The notes under the pieces: generated by a model
Seen by the model: the letters and a program-made list of their open reading frames with translations, nothing else
The model's database searches: none
Told to the model about the DNA's origin: nothing
Source of the DNA: an uncultured Christensenellaceae bacterium
GTDB lineage: Bacteria; Bacillota; Clostridia; Christensenellales; CAG-314
DNA length: 64,000 nucleotides
NCBI GenBank assembly: GCA_910585195.1
Contig: CAJUCX010000001.1
Coordinates: 233,609 to 297,608 of the forward strand
Direction of reading: 5' to 3'
Translations under genes and position numbers: made by a program
Part shown: one piece after another, positions 19,051-30,212 of the stretch
How positions within the stretch are numbered: the stretch's first letter is position 1
Layout of the letters: each line of letters starts with the position of its first letter

Positions 19051-19079
19051 ATTGTACCAATATAAGCCGAAACTGTCAA
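19051..19079 (-). promoter_or_regulatory. Near-consensus sigma-A promoter immediately upstream of ybxF
   Basis: Minus strand reads TTGACA (19079-19074), 17 nt, TACAAT (19056-19051). Only 8 nt separate the -10 element from the ybxF ATG, and there is no SD. Confidence 0.5.
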
Positions 19080-19182
19080 TCGTTTTAATGTTCTGAGCCG
19101 TACAAGTTGCGCACATTTGACTTTGCGCTAAAAAATTATTGTTGTTAATTTTGTCCCATAAACTTTACTTTTAATCATTTAT

Positions 19183-19207
19183 AAAAAACGGCCGAGCGAA
19201 ACGACCG
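19183..19207 (-). terminator. Candidate intrinsic terminator after the 409-aa membrane protein gene
   Basis: Minus-strand RNA reads CGGUCG-UUUCGCU-CGGCCG followed by U6. The stem contains a G-U pair, so it only forms on the minus strand. Confidence 0.5.
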
Positions 19208-19228
19208 ACCGTATGCAATTTAAGCTGC

Positions 19229-20458
19229 TTATCTCCGTTTTTTATATTGAAGATATTTAACGACTCTTACAAACGAATATATAAGAGTCATAATGCCTAT
19301 CGCCGTCAACATAAACACAACGCAGGTAATAGGACTGAATATAGATATAAACTGCCATAAACCCATGACGTCTCCGACTTGTACGGAATAAATTAAAAGG
19401 CATATTCCGACCGGCATTAGCGTAAACATTATTCCGAACATAAACGGAAGAATAAATATAGACACGATGGGAAATACGTCGAAAACCGAAAACTCCGCCA
19501 ACATACCGCCCAGTATGAAGAACGCCCCCAAAAACCACGGTATATCGGGAGTAAGGTAAACGTGCATACAAATTATGCCTATGCCTGCCGCTATTGCAAT
19601 AAAGCCCATAACCAAACCGCCTATGCGGTTGGTATCGAAGTAACCGAATTTGCTTGAAACTATATTATCAAAATAACTGTCGTCGTATTTGCTTGCTCTT
19701 TTGACTTTTGTTTTCTTCGCTTTATTGCTTGCGTCTGCATTTTTAATTTTTGCTTTCTTTTGTTTTCTGTCCTTGTCTACTTCCACTATTTTAACAATAT
19801 CGCCAAGCAAATCAGGCAAAACGTACGCATCGGCAATAGGTATAGTTGCTTTTACCGATATGCTTTCGTTGCTTTTCAACTCGATAATCATATTGTAAAA
19901 GTTTTGGTACTTGTCTTTGAACACTAAAATCGATTCCAACAAATAACGCCTTATATATCTGCTTTTACCGTTATTTTTTACTACGACATAATTTTCGTAA
20001 ATTGTAAATGCATTTTCTCTGCCGATGTTGCCCGCGGCATACTTCACCTGCTCAATAATACGCCGTTCATCTGCGTCTTTACCTTTGACGGCCCCTTTGC
20101 GCACTGCAAAAGCCATAAACTTATCCCAAAGCCCGAAGATGGAAAACACAAGAATAAGTTCGCACACAAACAAAGCAAACGTAGCCGACGGCAGCCATGC
20201 AAGCAATAAAGACGGCTCTCCCGCTCTTATCGTCAGTACGAGAGTACGCAAATACCATACAGGCAATAAAACAGCCACTATTGTCAAAAAAAGGCCTATG
20301 GGCGACAGCACATTTTTTTTCAGTTTGTCCAACTTGCTTTCGGCCTTAGGACCTTCCGGCATAATCTGACTGTTATCAACGCCGTAAAGCCACTTGCCCA
20401 GGTCATACCTGTCGTCTTGATTGAAACTTGTATATTCATTTTTTTGATTATCGTCCAT
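19229..20458 (-). CDS. Hypothetical polytopic membrane protein (2 N-terminal TMs, soluble middle domain, Lys-rich linker, 4-5 C-terminal TMs)
   Basis: 409-aa ORF with clear hydrophobic segments. Flanked by its own terminator-like hairpins at 20491-20528 and 19183-19207. No family recognised by eye. Confidence 0.6.
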   Translation of the reverse strand: MDDNQKNEYTSFNQDDRYDLGKWLYGVDNSQIMPEGPKAESKLDKLKKNVLSPIGLFLTIVAVLLPVWYLRTLVLTIRAGEPSLLLAWLPSATFALFVCELILVFSIFGLWDKFMAFAVRKGAVKGKDADERRIIEQVKYAAGNIGRENAFTIYENYVVVKNNGKSRYIRRYLLESILVFKDKYQNFYNMIIELKSNESISVKATIPIADAYVLPDLLGDIVKIVEVDKDRKQKKAKIKNADASNKAKKTKVKRASKYDDSYFDNIVSSKFGYFDTNRIGGLVMGFIAIAAGIGIICMHVYLTPDIPWFLGAFFILGGMLAEFSVFDVFPIVSIFILPFMFGIMFTLMPVGICLLIYSVQVGDVMGLWQFISIFSPITCVVFMLTAIGIMTLIYSFVRVVKYLQYKKRR

Positions 20459-20490
20459 AAAACATACCTTTTTTTCAAAAAAATCAACTT

Positions 20491-20528
20491 ATGCAAATAA
20501 ACCGCCTACCGCATAAAACGGCAGGCGG
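20491..20528 (-). terminator. Intrinsic terminator after rpoC
   Basis: Minus-strand RNA reads CCGCCUGCCG-UUUUAUG-CGGUAGGCGG (one G-U pair), followed by UUUAUUU. Confidence 0.7.
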
Positions 20529-20657
20529 CAATAAATTTTATTTAATAAAACACAGAATATTACTGTTCATTTAGTAAACAAATTTTTTTATTGTTTTTTA
20601 TTAGCAACATTTGCTGCAATTAAAATCGTTTGCCGCCGTTTTAAGCATAATGCTTAA

Positions 20658-23600
20658 TCATTCTTCTTCAACGATTTTTTCCGCAGTGTCGTCCGCAGAG
20701 TAATCTACGTTGGATTGAACTTCTATATTGCGGTATTCTTTCAGACCGGTGCCGGCAGGTATAAGTTTACCTATAATTACGTTTTCTTTAAGTCCGTGCA
20801 ACGCGTCTACTTTGTTGCGGATTGCCGCTTCCGTCAAAACTCTCGAAGTTTCTTGGAAGGCTGCGGCAGCAAGGAAACTGTCTGTTGCCAACGACGCCTT
20901 TGTAATACCCAGCAAAGTTCTCTTTGCTGCGGCAGGGCGTCCGCCTTTTTCCAAAGCAGCCATATTTTCGTCGTCAAACTTGAAGATATCTACAAGTTCG
21001 CCCGGGAGCAAATCCGTATCGCCGGAGTCCTCTACCTTAACCTTGCGCAACATTTGTCTGACGATTACTTCAACGTGCTTGTCGTTGATTTCAACGCCTT
21101 GCATACGGTAAACCGACTGAACTTCTTTAACGAGATATTCCTGTACGGCTTTTATGCCCTTAGTCCTAAGCAAGTCTTGCGGATAAACACTGCCCTCGGT
21201 AAGAATGGTTCCTGCCTCGACAACGTCGCCGTCGTTTACTTTAAGACGCGAACTTTTTGCAATTTGATAAGTTTTGCCTTCTCCGTTAGGGTTGCTTACG
21301 ACGATTTCGCGTTTGTTGTCGCTGTCTACAATGGAAACAGTACCGTTTACTTCGCAAACGAGAGCAACGCCCTTAGGCTTTCTTGCTTCAAACAATTCTT
21401 CGATACGCGGCAAACCACGCGTGATATCCGCACCGGTTGCGACACCGCCCGTGTGGAAGGTACGCATTGTCAACTGTGTACCAGGCTCGCCGATACTTTG
21501 AGCGGCAATTACGCCGACTGCTTCGCCGAGGTTGACAGGTTTGCCGTTTGCCATATTTTTGCCGTAGCACTTAGCGCATATGCCTTGTTTTGATTTACAG
21601 GTAAGAATAGACCTTACGAAAACCTTTTCTATACCCGCTTTTGTAATTGCCTTTGCTTGGTCATCGTTAATCATAGTATCAGCAGGTACGATAACTTCGC
21701 CCGTTGCAGGGTTTACTACGTCGTCGATAGTCCATCTGCCGGCAATTCTGTCTTCCAACTTCTCAATGACTTCTTCTTTTTTGTCGCCGGTTATTGCAGA
21801 AACCCAAACGCCTTGTGCGTGTGAACCTGCACAGCAGTCTTCTTCGCGTACTATTACGTCTTGGCTGACGTCTACCAGACGGCGGGTCAAATAACCCGAG
21901 TCTGCCGTTTTAAGCGCCGTATCGGCGAGACCTTTACGACCGCCGTGCGACGAAATAAAGTATTCCAAAACAGACAAGCCTTCGCGGAAGCAAGCCTTGA
22001 CAGGCAGCTCTATCGTCTTACCGCTAGGGTCGGACATAAGTCCGCGCATACCGGACAACTGTCTTATCTGGTTCATATTACCGCGGGCACCGGAGTTTGC
22101 CATCATCCAAATAGGGTTAAACTTAGACAGCGTGCCTTTCATTTTGCCGGTAACTTCGTTGGTTGCGTTTTCCCAAACGGAAACGACTTGTTTATATCTT
22201 TCTTCGTCGGTTATGAAGCCTTGTTCGTACATATCTTCGATTTCGACGACTTTCTTTTCCGCATTGTTGATAATTTCAGGTTTTTCCTTAGGAATGTGCA
22301 TATCGAACACGCTTGTGGTGATTGCGCCGATAGTGCTGTATTTATATCCCAAAGCCTTAATTTTATCAAGCAGTTCTGCCGTAGGAGTAGTGCCTTTGAG
22401 TTTGAAGCATTTTGCAACGATGTCTTTCAACTGATTTTTGCCGACCAAAAAGTCTATTTCATACTTCAAGGCGTCTTCTTTGGTTTTTCTCTCTACGTAA
22501 CCGAGGTCTTGCGGAATTGCCTCGTTAAAGATAATTCTGCCGACGGTGGTTTTTACTATACCGGTAATCTTTTCGCCGTTGAACTCTTTTGTAACTCTTA
22601 CGTTGATAAGCGCCTGCAACTCGACTTCGCCCACCTGATAAGCCATAATTGCCTCGTCGGGGTCGGAGAAGAATTTGCCTTCGCCCTTTGCGCCTTCCTT
22701 GTCGATGGTAAGGTAATAACTACCCATAACCATATCCTGCGAAGGAAGCACGACAGGCTGACCGTCGGACAACTTCAAGATATTGTTGCTTGCAAGCATA
22801 AGATATCTTGCCTCTGCCTGTGCCGCAACCGAAAGCGGAACGTGCACTGCCATTTGGTCGCCGTCGAAGTCGGCGTTGAACGCCGTACAAGCGAGCGGAT
22901 GAAGTTTAAGCGCGCGGCCTTCTATCAAAACAGGTTCGAACGCCTGAATTGAAAGTCTGTGCAGCGTAGGCGCACGGTTTAAGAGAACAGGATGGTCTTT
23001 GATGACTTCTTCCAAAACGTCCCAAACTTTGCTATCTGCTCTTTCTACCCTGCGTTTTGCGCTCTTTATGTTGTTGCATTGGTTTGTTTCCACCAACTTT
23101 TTCATAACGAACGGCTTAAACAATTCCAACGCCATTTCCTTAGGTAAACCGCATTGGTGAAGTTTAAGTTCCGGACCTACGACGATAACACTACGACCCG
23201 AGTAGTCTACGCGCTTACCGAGCAAGTTTTGACGGAAACGGCCTTGTTTGCCGCGGAGCAAACCGGAAAGAGATTTAAGTTCTCTGTTGCCTGCACCGGA
23301 AACGGCTTTGCCGCGTCTGCCGTTGTCTATAAGACCGTCAACCGCCTCCTGCAACATACGCTTTTCGTTGCGAATGATGATGTCAGGCGCGTTTATTTCT
23401 TTAAGTTTTTTAAGACGGTTGTTTCTGTTTATAACTCTGCGATAAAGGTCGTTGAGGTCGCTGGTTGCAAATCTGCCGCCGTCCAGCTGTACCATAGGAC
23501 GAAGTTCCGGCGGAATTACAGGCAGCACGTCCAAAATCATCCACTCCGGTTTGTTGCCGGATTTGCGGAAAGACTCGACGATTTCTATACGCTTTACTGC

Positions 23601-24218
23601 GCGGAGTTTCTTTTGACCGCTTGATTTTTCTATAATTTCTTTAAGTTGTTTTGCTTCCGCATCGAGGTCTACTTCTTGCAGCAATTCTTTAATTGCTTCC
23701 GCACCCATACCTACGCGGAAAGACTTTGCGCCGTACATTTCCTTAGCGTCGCTGTACTCTTTGTCGGTAAGCACTTGCTTTTTGGAAAGCCCCGTATCGC
23801 CCGGGTCAAGTACGATAAAACTTGCAAAGTACAAAACCTGTTCCAAAATTTTAGGCGATATATCAAGCAATAAACCCATACGCGAAGGCACGCCGCGGAA
23901 GTACCAAATATGAGATACAGGTGCGGCAAGTTCTATATGCCCCATTCTTTCACGACGGACTTTTGCCTTTGTTACTTCGACGCCGCACTTGTCGCAGACA
24001 ACGCCCTTGTAACGTATTCTCTTATATTTACCGCAATGACATTCCCAGTCCTTGGTAGGTCCGAAAATTCTTTCGCAGAACAGACCGTCTTTTTCGGGTT
24101 TCAAAGTACGGTAGTTGATGGTTTCCGGTTTGGTAACTTCACCGTGAGACCATTCTCTGATTTTTTCAGGAGATGCGATACCGATTTGTATAGAATCGAA
24201 ATTGTAAAGTTCAAACAT
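20658..24218 (-). CDS. rpoC: DNA-directed RNA polymerase subunit beta'
   Basis: 1186 aa with the catalytic NADFDGD motif and zinc-binding [14 protein letters not shown]. Confidence 0.99.
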   Translation of the reverse strand: MFELYNFDSIQIGIASPEKIREWSHGEVTKPETINYRTLKPEKDGLFCERIFGPTKDWECHCGKYKRIRYKGVVCDKCGVEVTKAKVRRERMGHIELAAPVSHIWYFRGVPSRMGLLLDISPKILEQVLYFASFIVLDPGDTGLSKKQVLTDKEYSDAKEMYGAKSFRVGMGAEAIKELLQEVDLDAEAKQLKEIIEKSSGQKKLRAVKRIEIVESFRKSGNKPEWMILDVLPVIPPELRPMVQLDGGRFATSDLNDLYRRVINRNNRLKKLKEINAPDIIIRNEKRMLQEAVDGLIDNGRRGKAVSGAGNRELKSLSGLLRGKQGRFRQNLLGKRVDYSGRSVIVVGPELKLHQCGLPKEMALELFKPFVMKKLVETNQCNNIKSAKRRVERADSKVWDVLEEVIKDHPVLLNRAPTLHRLSIQAFEPVLIEGRALKLHPLACTAFNADFDGDQMAVHVPLSVAAQAEARYLMLASNNILKLSDGQPVVLPSQDMVMGSYYLTIDKEGAKGEGKFFSDPDEAIMAYQVGEVELQALINVRVTKEFNGEKITGIVKTTVGRIIFNEAIPQDLGYVERKTKEDALKYEIDFLVGKNQLKDIVAKCFKLKGTTPTAELLDKIKALGYKYSTIGAITTSVFDMHIPKEKPEIINNAEKKVVEIEDMYEQGFITDEERYKQVVSVWENATNEVTGKMKGTLSKFNPIWMMANSGARGNMNQIRQLSGMRGLMSDPSGKTIELPVKACFREGLSVLEYFISSHGGRKGLADTALKTADSGYLTRRLVDVSQDVIVREEDCCAGSHAQGVWVSAITGDKKEEVIEKLEDRIAGRWTIDDVVNPATGEVIVPADTMINDDQAKAITKAGIEKVFVRSILTCKSKQGICAKCYGKNMANGKPVNLGEAVGVIAAQSIGEPGTQLTMRTFHTGGVATGADITRGLPRIEELFEARKPKGVALVCEVNGTVSIVDSDNKREIVVSNPNGEGKTYQIAKSSRLKVNDGDVVEAGTILTEGSVYPQDLLRTKGIKAVQEYLVKEVQSVYRMQGVEINDKHVEVIVRQMLRKVKVEDSGDTDLLPGELVDIFKFDDENMAALEKGGRPAAAKRTLLGITKASLATDSFLAAAAFQETSRVLTEAAIRNKVDALHGLKENVIIGKLIPAGTGLKEYRNIEVQSNVDYSADDTAEKIVEEE

Positions 24219-24229
24219 AATCTTTCTCC

Positions 24230-27200
24230 TTATTCTTCGTCGTCATCACTGTCAAACAGTGAGTCTATTTCGAAACTGTCGCCGAATCCGTCGTCGCTGT
24301 CGCCGAAACTGAAATCGTCTTCCACAACGCCCGCGCCGATTTCTTCGTCAAAGGTGAGTTCCACTTCTTTTCTGTCGTCGGTTGATTTGATTGCCGCTTC
24401 GAGCATATCTTGCTCGTCCTCAATCATCTCGCCGATTGCGACTTCTTCTTTGTCTTCGCTCAAAACTTTTACGTCAAGCGCCAAAGACTGCAACTCTTTA
24501 ATAAGTACCTTAAATGCTTCCGGTATGCCCGGGTCTGCAATATTTTCGCCTTTGACTATGCTTTCGTAAGTCTTGACACGGCCTACGATATCGTCGGATT
24601 TGACAGTCAAAATTTCCTGCAAAATGTTGGTTGCGCCGTATGCTTCCAATGCCCAAACTTCCATTTCGCCGAAACGCTGTCCGCCGAATTGCGCTTTACC
24701 GCCCAAAGGCTGCTGCGTAACAAGGCTGTAAGGTCCTATGCTTCTTGCGTGAATCTTATCGTCAACCAAGTGGATAAGTTTAAGCATATACATATAACCT
24801 ACGGTTACGCGGTTTTCAAACGGCTGACCTGTTCTTCCGTCGTACAAAATAACTTTGCCGTCTACTTTGCCCGTATCAGGGTTAGTCATACAATTTTGCT
24901 CGAACAATTCTTTAATATCGGCTTCCGTCGCACCGTCGAATACAGGTGTGGAAACCTTCCAGTCAAGCATTTTTGCAACCAAGCCCAAGTGAACTTCCAA
25001 AACCTGACCGATATTCATACGGCTAGGTACGCCCAACGGGTTAAGCACGATTTGCAGCGGCGTGCCGTCTTCCATAAACGGCATATCCGCCTCCGGCAAG
25101 ATACGCGAAATAACGCCCTTGTTTCCGTGGCGTCCCGCCATTTTGTCGCCGACGGTAATCTTTCTCTTTTGCGCAATGTAAACTCTAACCAATTTGTTTA
25201 TACCAGGGTCGAGTTCGTCCTTGTTTTCTCTCGTAAAGATTTTTACGTCTACTACGATACCGCCTTCGCCGTTAGGAACGCGCAAAGAAGTATCTCTTAC
25301 TTCCCTCGCCTTTTCGTTGAAGATTGCACGCAAAAGTCTTTCTTCGCTGGTAAGCTCCGTCTCGCCCTTAGGAGTAACTTTACCTACCAAAATATCGCCC
25401 GGTCTTACTTCCGCGCCTATGCGGACGATGCCGTCTTCGTCAAGGTCTTTAAGCGCGTCTTCGCCCACGTTAGGAATATCTCTCGTGATTTCTTCCGCGC
25501 CGAGTTTTGTATCTCTCGTTTCGATTTCGTGTTCTTCTATATGAATGGAAGTAAACACGTCTTCTTTAACGAGTTTTTCGCTTATAAGTATTGCGTCCTC
25601 GTAGTTATAGCCTTCCCACGACATAAAGCCTATCAGGATATTTTTGCCGAGTGCAAGCTCTCCGCCTTCGGTAGAGTGTCCGTCGGCAAGGGTGTCGCCT
25701 TTAAGCACTACGTCGCCTACGCTGACGATAGGTTTTTGATTTATGCAAGTGCCTTGGTTGCTTCTTACAAACTTTTTGAGTTGGTAAGAATGAACTTCGC
25801 CTTTTGCGTCCTTAACGCAAATTTCGTCTGCGGTGCTGCGCGTTACCACGCCGTCGGTTTTGGAAAGCACCATTACGCCGCTGTCGCGCGCAATGCGGTA
25901 CTCGGTGCCTGTGGCAACTATAGGCGCCTCAGTTTTGAGAAGCGGCACTGCCTGTCTTTGCATGTTGGAGCCCATAAGCGCACGGTTTGTATCGTCGTTT
26001 TCCAAAAACGGAATAAGGCTTGTCGCAACGGAAATAAGCTGTTTAGGGCTTACGTCCATATAGTCGACGACTTCCGCAGGGAACTCCGCAATGTCTTCTC
26101 TATGACGGCAGTTTACGCGCTCTTTTAGGAAAAAGCCTTTTTCGTCCAACGGCTCGTTGGCTTGCGCTACTATGTAATTATCTTCTTCGTCTGCCGTAAG
26201 ATAATCTATATTGTTTGTTACCATATGTTTGACTTTATCTACCTTTCTGTAAGGCGACTCGATAAAGCCGTATTCGTTTATTCTTGCATAAGTTGCAAGA
26301 GAAGTGATAAGACCGATGTTTTGACCTTCAGGCGTTTCTATCGGGCACATACGGCCGTAATGCGAGTGGTGAACGTCGCGGACGTCGGAAGTAGCCCTGT
26401 CTCTGTTGAGACCGCCAGGTCCCAATGCAGACAGCTTTCTCTTGTGGGTAAGCTCAGCAATAGGGTTTGACTGGTCCATAAACTGCGACAACTGCGAAGA
26501 ACCGAAAAATTCTTTAATAGCGCTGGTAACAGGTCTTACGTTGATGAGCGATTGCGGAGTGGCTTTGTCGATTTCCTGAATTGCCATTCTCTCTTTAATG
26601 ACTCTTTCCAAACGGCTGATACCCACGCGGAATTGATTTTGAAGCAATTCGCCAACGCTTCTTACGCGGCGGTTGCCCAAGTGGTCGATATTGTCCACAC
26701 AGCCCAAACCGTTTTTGAGGTTGAGGTTGTAACTTACCGTTGCGATAATGTCTTCTCTTGTTATGTGTTTAGGCGTAAGTACGTCTACGCTGTCTTTAAT
26801 TGCTTGGTAAACCGATTGTTTGTCCGTGTTGCTCTCCAAAATTTTGTTGAGTTCCGCAAGATTTGCAAATTCCAAAATACCGAGTTCCTTAGGATTTACG
26901 TCGGCAAAATCTTTATTGTATTTATTGAGATAATACTTCAAATCTACAACGCCGTTGCCTATTACTTTAACCTTTTGTCCGTTGGACTCTACGTAAACGA
27001 CGTTTACGCCGCTGTGCTGTATTTCATACGCCTTGTCTGCGTCAAGTTTTTCGCCTGCTTTTGCGACAACTTCGCCCAACGGTGAAACAGCGTCTTCGGC
27101 AAGCACAAAGCCTTTGGTTCTGTTTGCCAAAGAAAGTTTTTTGTTGAATTTATATCTGCCCACGCGTGCCAAGTCGTAACGCTTAGGGTCAAACAGCAAA

Positions 27201-27976
27201 TCGTTAAGCTGTTTTTTGACCGATTCGTCGGTAGGCACTTCGCCCGGGCGAACTCTCTTATAAAGTTCTACCAAACCTTCTCTTTCGCTCTTAGTTATAT
27301 CTTTTTCTATAGTCTTTTCAAGATTTTCGTCGGTGCCGAAAACTTCCAAAATCTGTTCGTCGGTGCCCAAACCGATTGCGCGCAGCAAGACGGTTGACGG
27401 CAACTTTCTGTTTCTGTCAACGTGCACCCACAATACGCCGTTGGAATCGGTTACAAACTCCAACCAAGCGCCGCGGTTAGGGATAACCGTGGTGTCGAAC
27501 ATTTCTTTGCTTTCGAATTTATCTTTATTTTTTGCGGCGTACACGCCCGGCGACCTTACAAGCTGACTTACGACTACGCGCTCTGCGCCGTTGATGATAA
27601 AGGAACCGTTGTCCGTCATTAAAGGGAAGTCCCCCATAAAGACTTCTTGGTCTTGAATCTCGCCTGTGTCTTTACGCAAAAGCCTTACTTTGATTTTCAA
27701 AGGGCTGGCGTAAGTTGCGTCCCTTTCTCTGCACTCCGCTTCGGAATACTTAGATTTTTCGTCGAGAGTATGCTCCATAAAATACAACTCGAAATGTCCG
27801 CTGTAATCCTGAATCGGAGAAAAATCCTTAAAGACTTCCGCAATGCCTTCGCGCATAAACGTTTCGTAAGAATTTTTTTGCACTTCGATTAAGTTAGGAA
27901 TATCCAAAACGTCCTTAATCCGTGAAAAAGTCATTCTTTCGCGTTTGCCGAATTTTACTGGATGAATGTTTGCCAT
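24230..27976 (-). CDS. rpoB: DNA-directed RNA polymerase subunit beta (with an acidic C-terminal tail)
   Basis: 1248 aa with conserved beta-subunit blocks ([22 protein letters not shown]). The last ~75 aa are strongly acidic. Confidence 0.99.
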   Translation of the reverse strand: MANIHPVKFGKRERMTFSRIKDVLDIPNLIEVQKNSYETFMREGIAEVFKDFSPIQDYSGHFELYFMEHTLDEKSKYSEAECRERDATYASPLKIKVRLLRKDTGEIQDQEVFMGDFPLMTDNGSFIINGAERVVVSQLVRSPGVYAAKNKDKFESKEMFDTTVIPNRGAWLEFVTDSNGVLWVHVDRNRKLPSTVLLRAIGLGTDEQILEVFGTDENLEKTIEKDITKSEREGLVELYKRVRPGEVPTDESVKKQLNDLLFDPKRYDLARVGRYKFNKKLSLANRTKGFVLAEDAVSPLGEVVAKAGEKLDADKAYEIQHSGVNVVYVESNGQKVKVIGNGVVDLKYYLNKYNKDFADVNPKELGILEFANLAELNKILESNTDKQSVYQAIKDSVDVLTPKHITREDIIATVSYNLNLKNGLGCVDNIDHLGNRRVRSVGELLQNQFRVGISRLERVIKERMAIQEIDKATPQSLINVRPVTSAIKEFFGSSQLSQFMDQSNPIAELTHKRKLSALGPGGLNRDRATSDVRDVHHSHYGRMCPIETPEGQNIGLITSLATYARINEYGFIESPYRKVDKVKHMVTNNIDYLTADEEDNYIVAQANEPLDEKGFFLKERVNCRHREDIAEFPAEVVDYMDVSPKQLISVATSLIPFLENDDTNRALMGSNMQRQAVPLLKTEAPIVATGTEYRIARDSGVMVLSKTDGVVTRSTADEICVKDAKGEVHSYQLKKFVRSNQGTCINQKPIVSVGDVVLKGDTLADGHSTEGGELALGKNILIGFMSWEGYNYEDAILISEKLVKEDVFTSIHIEEHEIETRDTKLGAEEITRDIPNVGEDALKDLDEDGIVRIGAEVRPGDILVGKVTPKGETELTSEERLLRAIFNEKAREVRDTSLRVPNGEGGIVVDVKIFTRENKDELDPGINKLVRVYIAQKRKITVGDKMAGRHGNKGVISRILPEADMPFMEDGTPLQIVLNPLGVPSRMNIGQVLEVHLGLVAKMLDWKVSTPVFDGATEADIKELFEQNCMTNPDTGKVDGKVILYDGRTGQPFENRVTVGYMYMLKLIHLVDDKIHARSIGPYSLVTQQPLGGKAQFGGQRFGEMEVWALEAYGATNILQEILTVKSDDIVGRVKTYESIVKGENIADPGIPEAFKVLIKELQSLALDVKVLSEDKEEVAIGEMIEDEQDMLEAAIKSTDDRKEVELTFDEEIGAGVVEDDFSFGDSDDGFGDSFEIDSLFDSDDDEE

Positions 27977-28119
27977 TTACACTCCTTCTCCTTCTAAAAA
28001 AGATAAAACTACACAACGAATGTGAGGCATTTTTACATATAACAACAGGTTCTTTCAAAATAATTGCCCGTAAAAAAGGACAAAAGGACACTTTACTACA
28101 CGATAATAATGCATTTCAT

Positions 28120-28148
28120 ATCATAGCATAAGGCAAGTCAATAGTCAA
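28120..28148 (-). promoter_or_regulatory. Candidate sigma-A promoter for rpoB
   Basis: Minus strand reads TTGACT (28148-28143), 17 nt, TGc-TATGAT (28125-28120). This implies a 5' UTR of about 140 nt. Confidence 0.4.
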
Positions 28149-28526
28149 ACATAATTTTTCAAAAAAATAAACTTTTTTTGTCAAAAAAGAATATACGGCA
28201 AAAATAATTAATATCTTTTTTATTTTAATATAAAACCAAACCGCAACGCACTTCCCCTATCACTATTTACCTGACAATCCGTCCTTAATTTTTCGCTTTT
28301 GACTAACAACCTTAATTCTCATCTAAAAAGTACAGTTTGCAAGCAATTTATTTTTTGCAAACAAAATCGAGCGCGGCGCTTCTCCGACACCAAAAAAACT
28401 TCGCACCGTTTGCTTATATTGCCTGCTGTGCAAATGAAAACTTATATAACCCTCAAACTCGGAAGTTTTTTTGAAAGCCTTGAATATGCTTTTGATTTGT
28501 GCTAAATTATAACTAAGGAAAAATTT

Positions 28527-28772
28527 ATGAGACTTGACAAATTTTTGAAAGTATCGCGCATACTCAAAAGGCGCACCGTGGCAAACGAGGCCTGCACCAA
28601 CGGCAGAGTAACGGTAAACGGCAGAACGGCAAAACCATCGGTAAAATTAAAAAGCGGCGACGTTGTGGAAATTGCATTCGGCAACGGCAATTTGAAGTTT
28701 GAAGTTTTGGAACTGTTTGAAACTTCCAAAAAAGCCGACGCCGACAGAATGTTCAGAATTATAGAAGAATAA
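28527..28772 (+). CDS. rqcP: S4-domain RNA-binding protein RqcP/YabO (Hsp15-like)
   Basis: 81 aa. MRLDKFLKVSRILKRRTVANE.. is close to B. subtilis YabO along its whole length. Confidence 0.85.
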   Translation: MRLDKFLKVSRILKRRTVANEACTNGRVTVNGRTAKPSVKLKSGDVVEIAFGNGNLKFEVLELFETSKKADADRMFRIIEE

Positions 28773-28929
28773 TTTTTTTAACGGAAACGTAAAAATTCCC
28801 CTATTCATATTAAAGATAATTTATTTATAAATAAGGGCGTAGCAAAAATTTAAGTATCGTTATATAAGCAAAAAATTACTTCCATTACTTTAACAATCTA
28901 TAAAACCAACGGAGGCGAACGGAAGAAAA

Positions 28930-30021
28930 ATGAGAAGCGCAGTTATAGTTGCAGGCGGGCAGAGCAGCCGTTTTGAAAAGAACAAACTTTTTGCGTCGTT
29001 GTACGGCAAAACTCTTGTAGAAGTTGCGGTCGGCAACTTTTTAGGCATTGCCGACGAAATCGTGCTTGTTGTAAACGAAAAAGATATGAGCCGTATGATT
29101 TTGCTTTTTTCCAACACAAAAGTAAAACTGACGGTCGGCGGACATACGCGTACGCAATCGGTATTAAATGGGTTAAATGCCCTTTCAAAAGACAGTACGG
29201 TTGTAGCAATTCACGACGGCGCAAGACCTTATGCGTCGCAAAAACTAATTAAAAATTGTTTTGAAACTGCGGAAAAATGCGGCTCGGCAATTCCCGTAAT
29301 AAACGCAGTAGACACCGTATATATAAACGACCCCGACGGCGTGAAGTTTGCCGACAAAAGTAAGGTCTGCAAAGTGCAAACTCCGCAGACTTTTAATACT
29401 CAAAAAATAAAAGAAGCATATCAAAAACGCGATTTGGTAAAAAGTTATTCCGACGACTCGCAGGTATATCTCGATTGTTTCGGCAAAATAGAATTTGTGC
29501 AAGGCGAAACGCAAAACATAAAAATAACCTATCCGTCGGATTTATACAGCACTTCGATAGGCAACGGCTTTGACGTTCACCCGTTAAAAGCAGGCAGAAA
29601 GTTGATTTTGTGCGGAGTTGAAATCCCTTTTGATTTGGGTCTTGACGGACACAGCGACGCCGACGTTGCCGTGCACTCAATTATGGACGCAGTGCTTATG
29701 AGCATAGGAGAGCGCGACATAGGCGTACAGTTTCCCGACGGCGACAGCAGATATAAAGATATTTGCAGTATGACGTTGCTTGAAAAAGTCGCAAAAACGG
29801 CAACGGAAAAAAACGCAAGCGTACAAAGCATAAGTTGCGTCATTATGGCGGAAGAACCTAAACTTGCAAGTTACATTCCGCAAATGTGCAAAAACGTCGC
29901 GCAAGTTTTGCGTCTGCCCGAAAGCCGAGTAAACATAAGCGCCACCACAACGGAAAAACTCGGCATAATAGGAAACAAGCAAGGCATCGCCGCGCAGGCA
30001 GTTTGCTTAACGCAGTTATAA
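28930..30021 (+). CDS. ispDF: Bifunctional 2-C-methyl-D-erythritol 4-phosphate cytidylyltransferase / MEcPP synthase (IspD-IspF fusion)
   Basis: N-terminal IspD pattern (AVIVAGGQSSRF..) and C-terminal IspF pattern (GNGFDVHPL..GHSDADVAVHSIMDA). Confidence 0.9.
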   Translation: MRSAVIVAGGQSSRFEKNKLFASLYGKTLVEVAVGNFLGIADEIVLVVNEKDMSRMILLFSNTKVKLTVGGHTRTQSVLNGLNALSKDSTVVAIHDGARPYASQKLIKNCFETAEKCGSAIPVINAVDTVYINDPDGVKFADKSKVCKVQTPQTFNTQKIKEAYQKRDLVKSYSDDSQVYLDCFGKIEFVQGETQNIKITYPSDLYSTSIGNGFDVHPLKAGRKLILCGVEIPFDLGLDGHSDADVAVHSIMDAVLMSIGERDIGVQFPDGDSRYKDICSMTLLEKVAKTATEKNASVQSISCVIMAEEPKLASYIPQMCKNVAQVLRLPESRVNISATTTEKLGIIGNKQGIAAQAVCLTQL

Positions 30022-30082
30022 ATAAAAAAGTTTAACAAACTCAAAAAAATTATTTTAACAAAACAAAGCATATAACGCTAAC

Positions 30083-30112
30083 CAAAAAGCCGCCCGCACG
30101 GGCGGCTTTTTG
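30083..30112 (+). terminator. Intrinsic terminator after ispDF
   Basis: GCCGCCC-GCAC-GGGCGGC hairpin (30088-30105), followed by TTTTT. Confidence 0.8.
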
Positions 30113-30156
30113 GTTAGTTAAAAATAATCTGTCTTATGGTAATTGTAATACTTAAT

Positions 30157-30186
30157 AAAAAGTCCGCGGTTTTGCGGACTTTTTTT
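30157..30186. terminator. Bidirectional intrinsic terminator (serves the recR-side operon on the minus strand)
   Basis: AGTCCGC-GGTTTT-GCGGACT hairpin (30161-30180) flanked by A4 and T6. Confidence 0.7.
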
Positions 30187-30212
30187 ACTAAAAATTTATA
30201 TCGTTAAAAATA

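Noticed and set aside
20715-27892. Many long plus-strand ORFs (up to 572 aa) within rpoC and rpoB
   Set aside because: They are antisense to highly conserved essential genes, and their amino-acid composition (F/R/C/V-rich) is typical of non-coding frames. The same applies to antisense ORFs within fusA, tuf, secA, recD2, gdhA, trkA, gerAA/AB, fhs and tkt.
27977-28526. ORFs of 69 aa (27922-28131) and 68 aa (28299-28505) in the long rpoB upstream region
   Set aside because: The sequence is AT-rich and low-complexity, there are no RBSs, and the ORFs overlap promoter-like elements for rpoB and rqcP. The 550-bp gap probably holds only promoters and UTRs.
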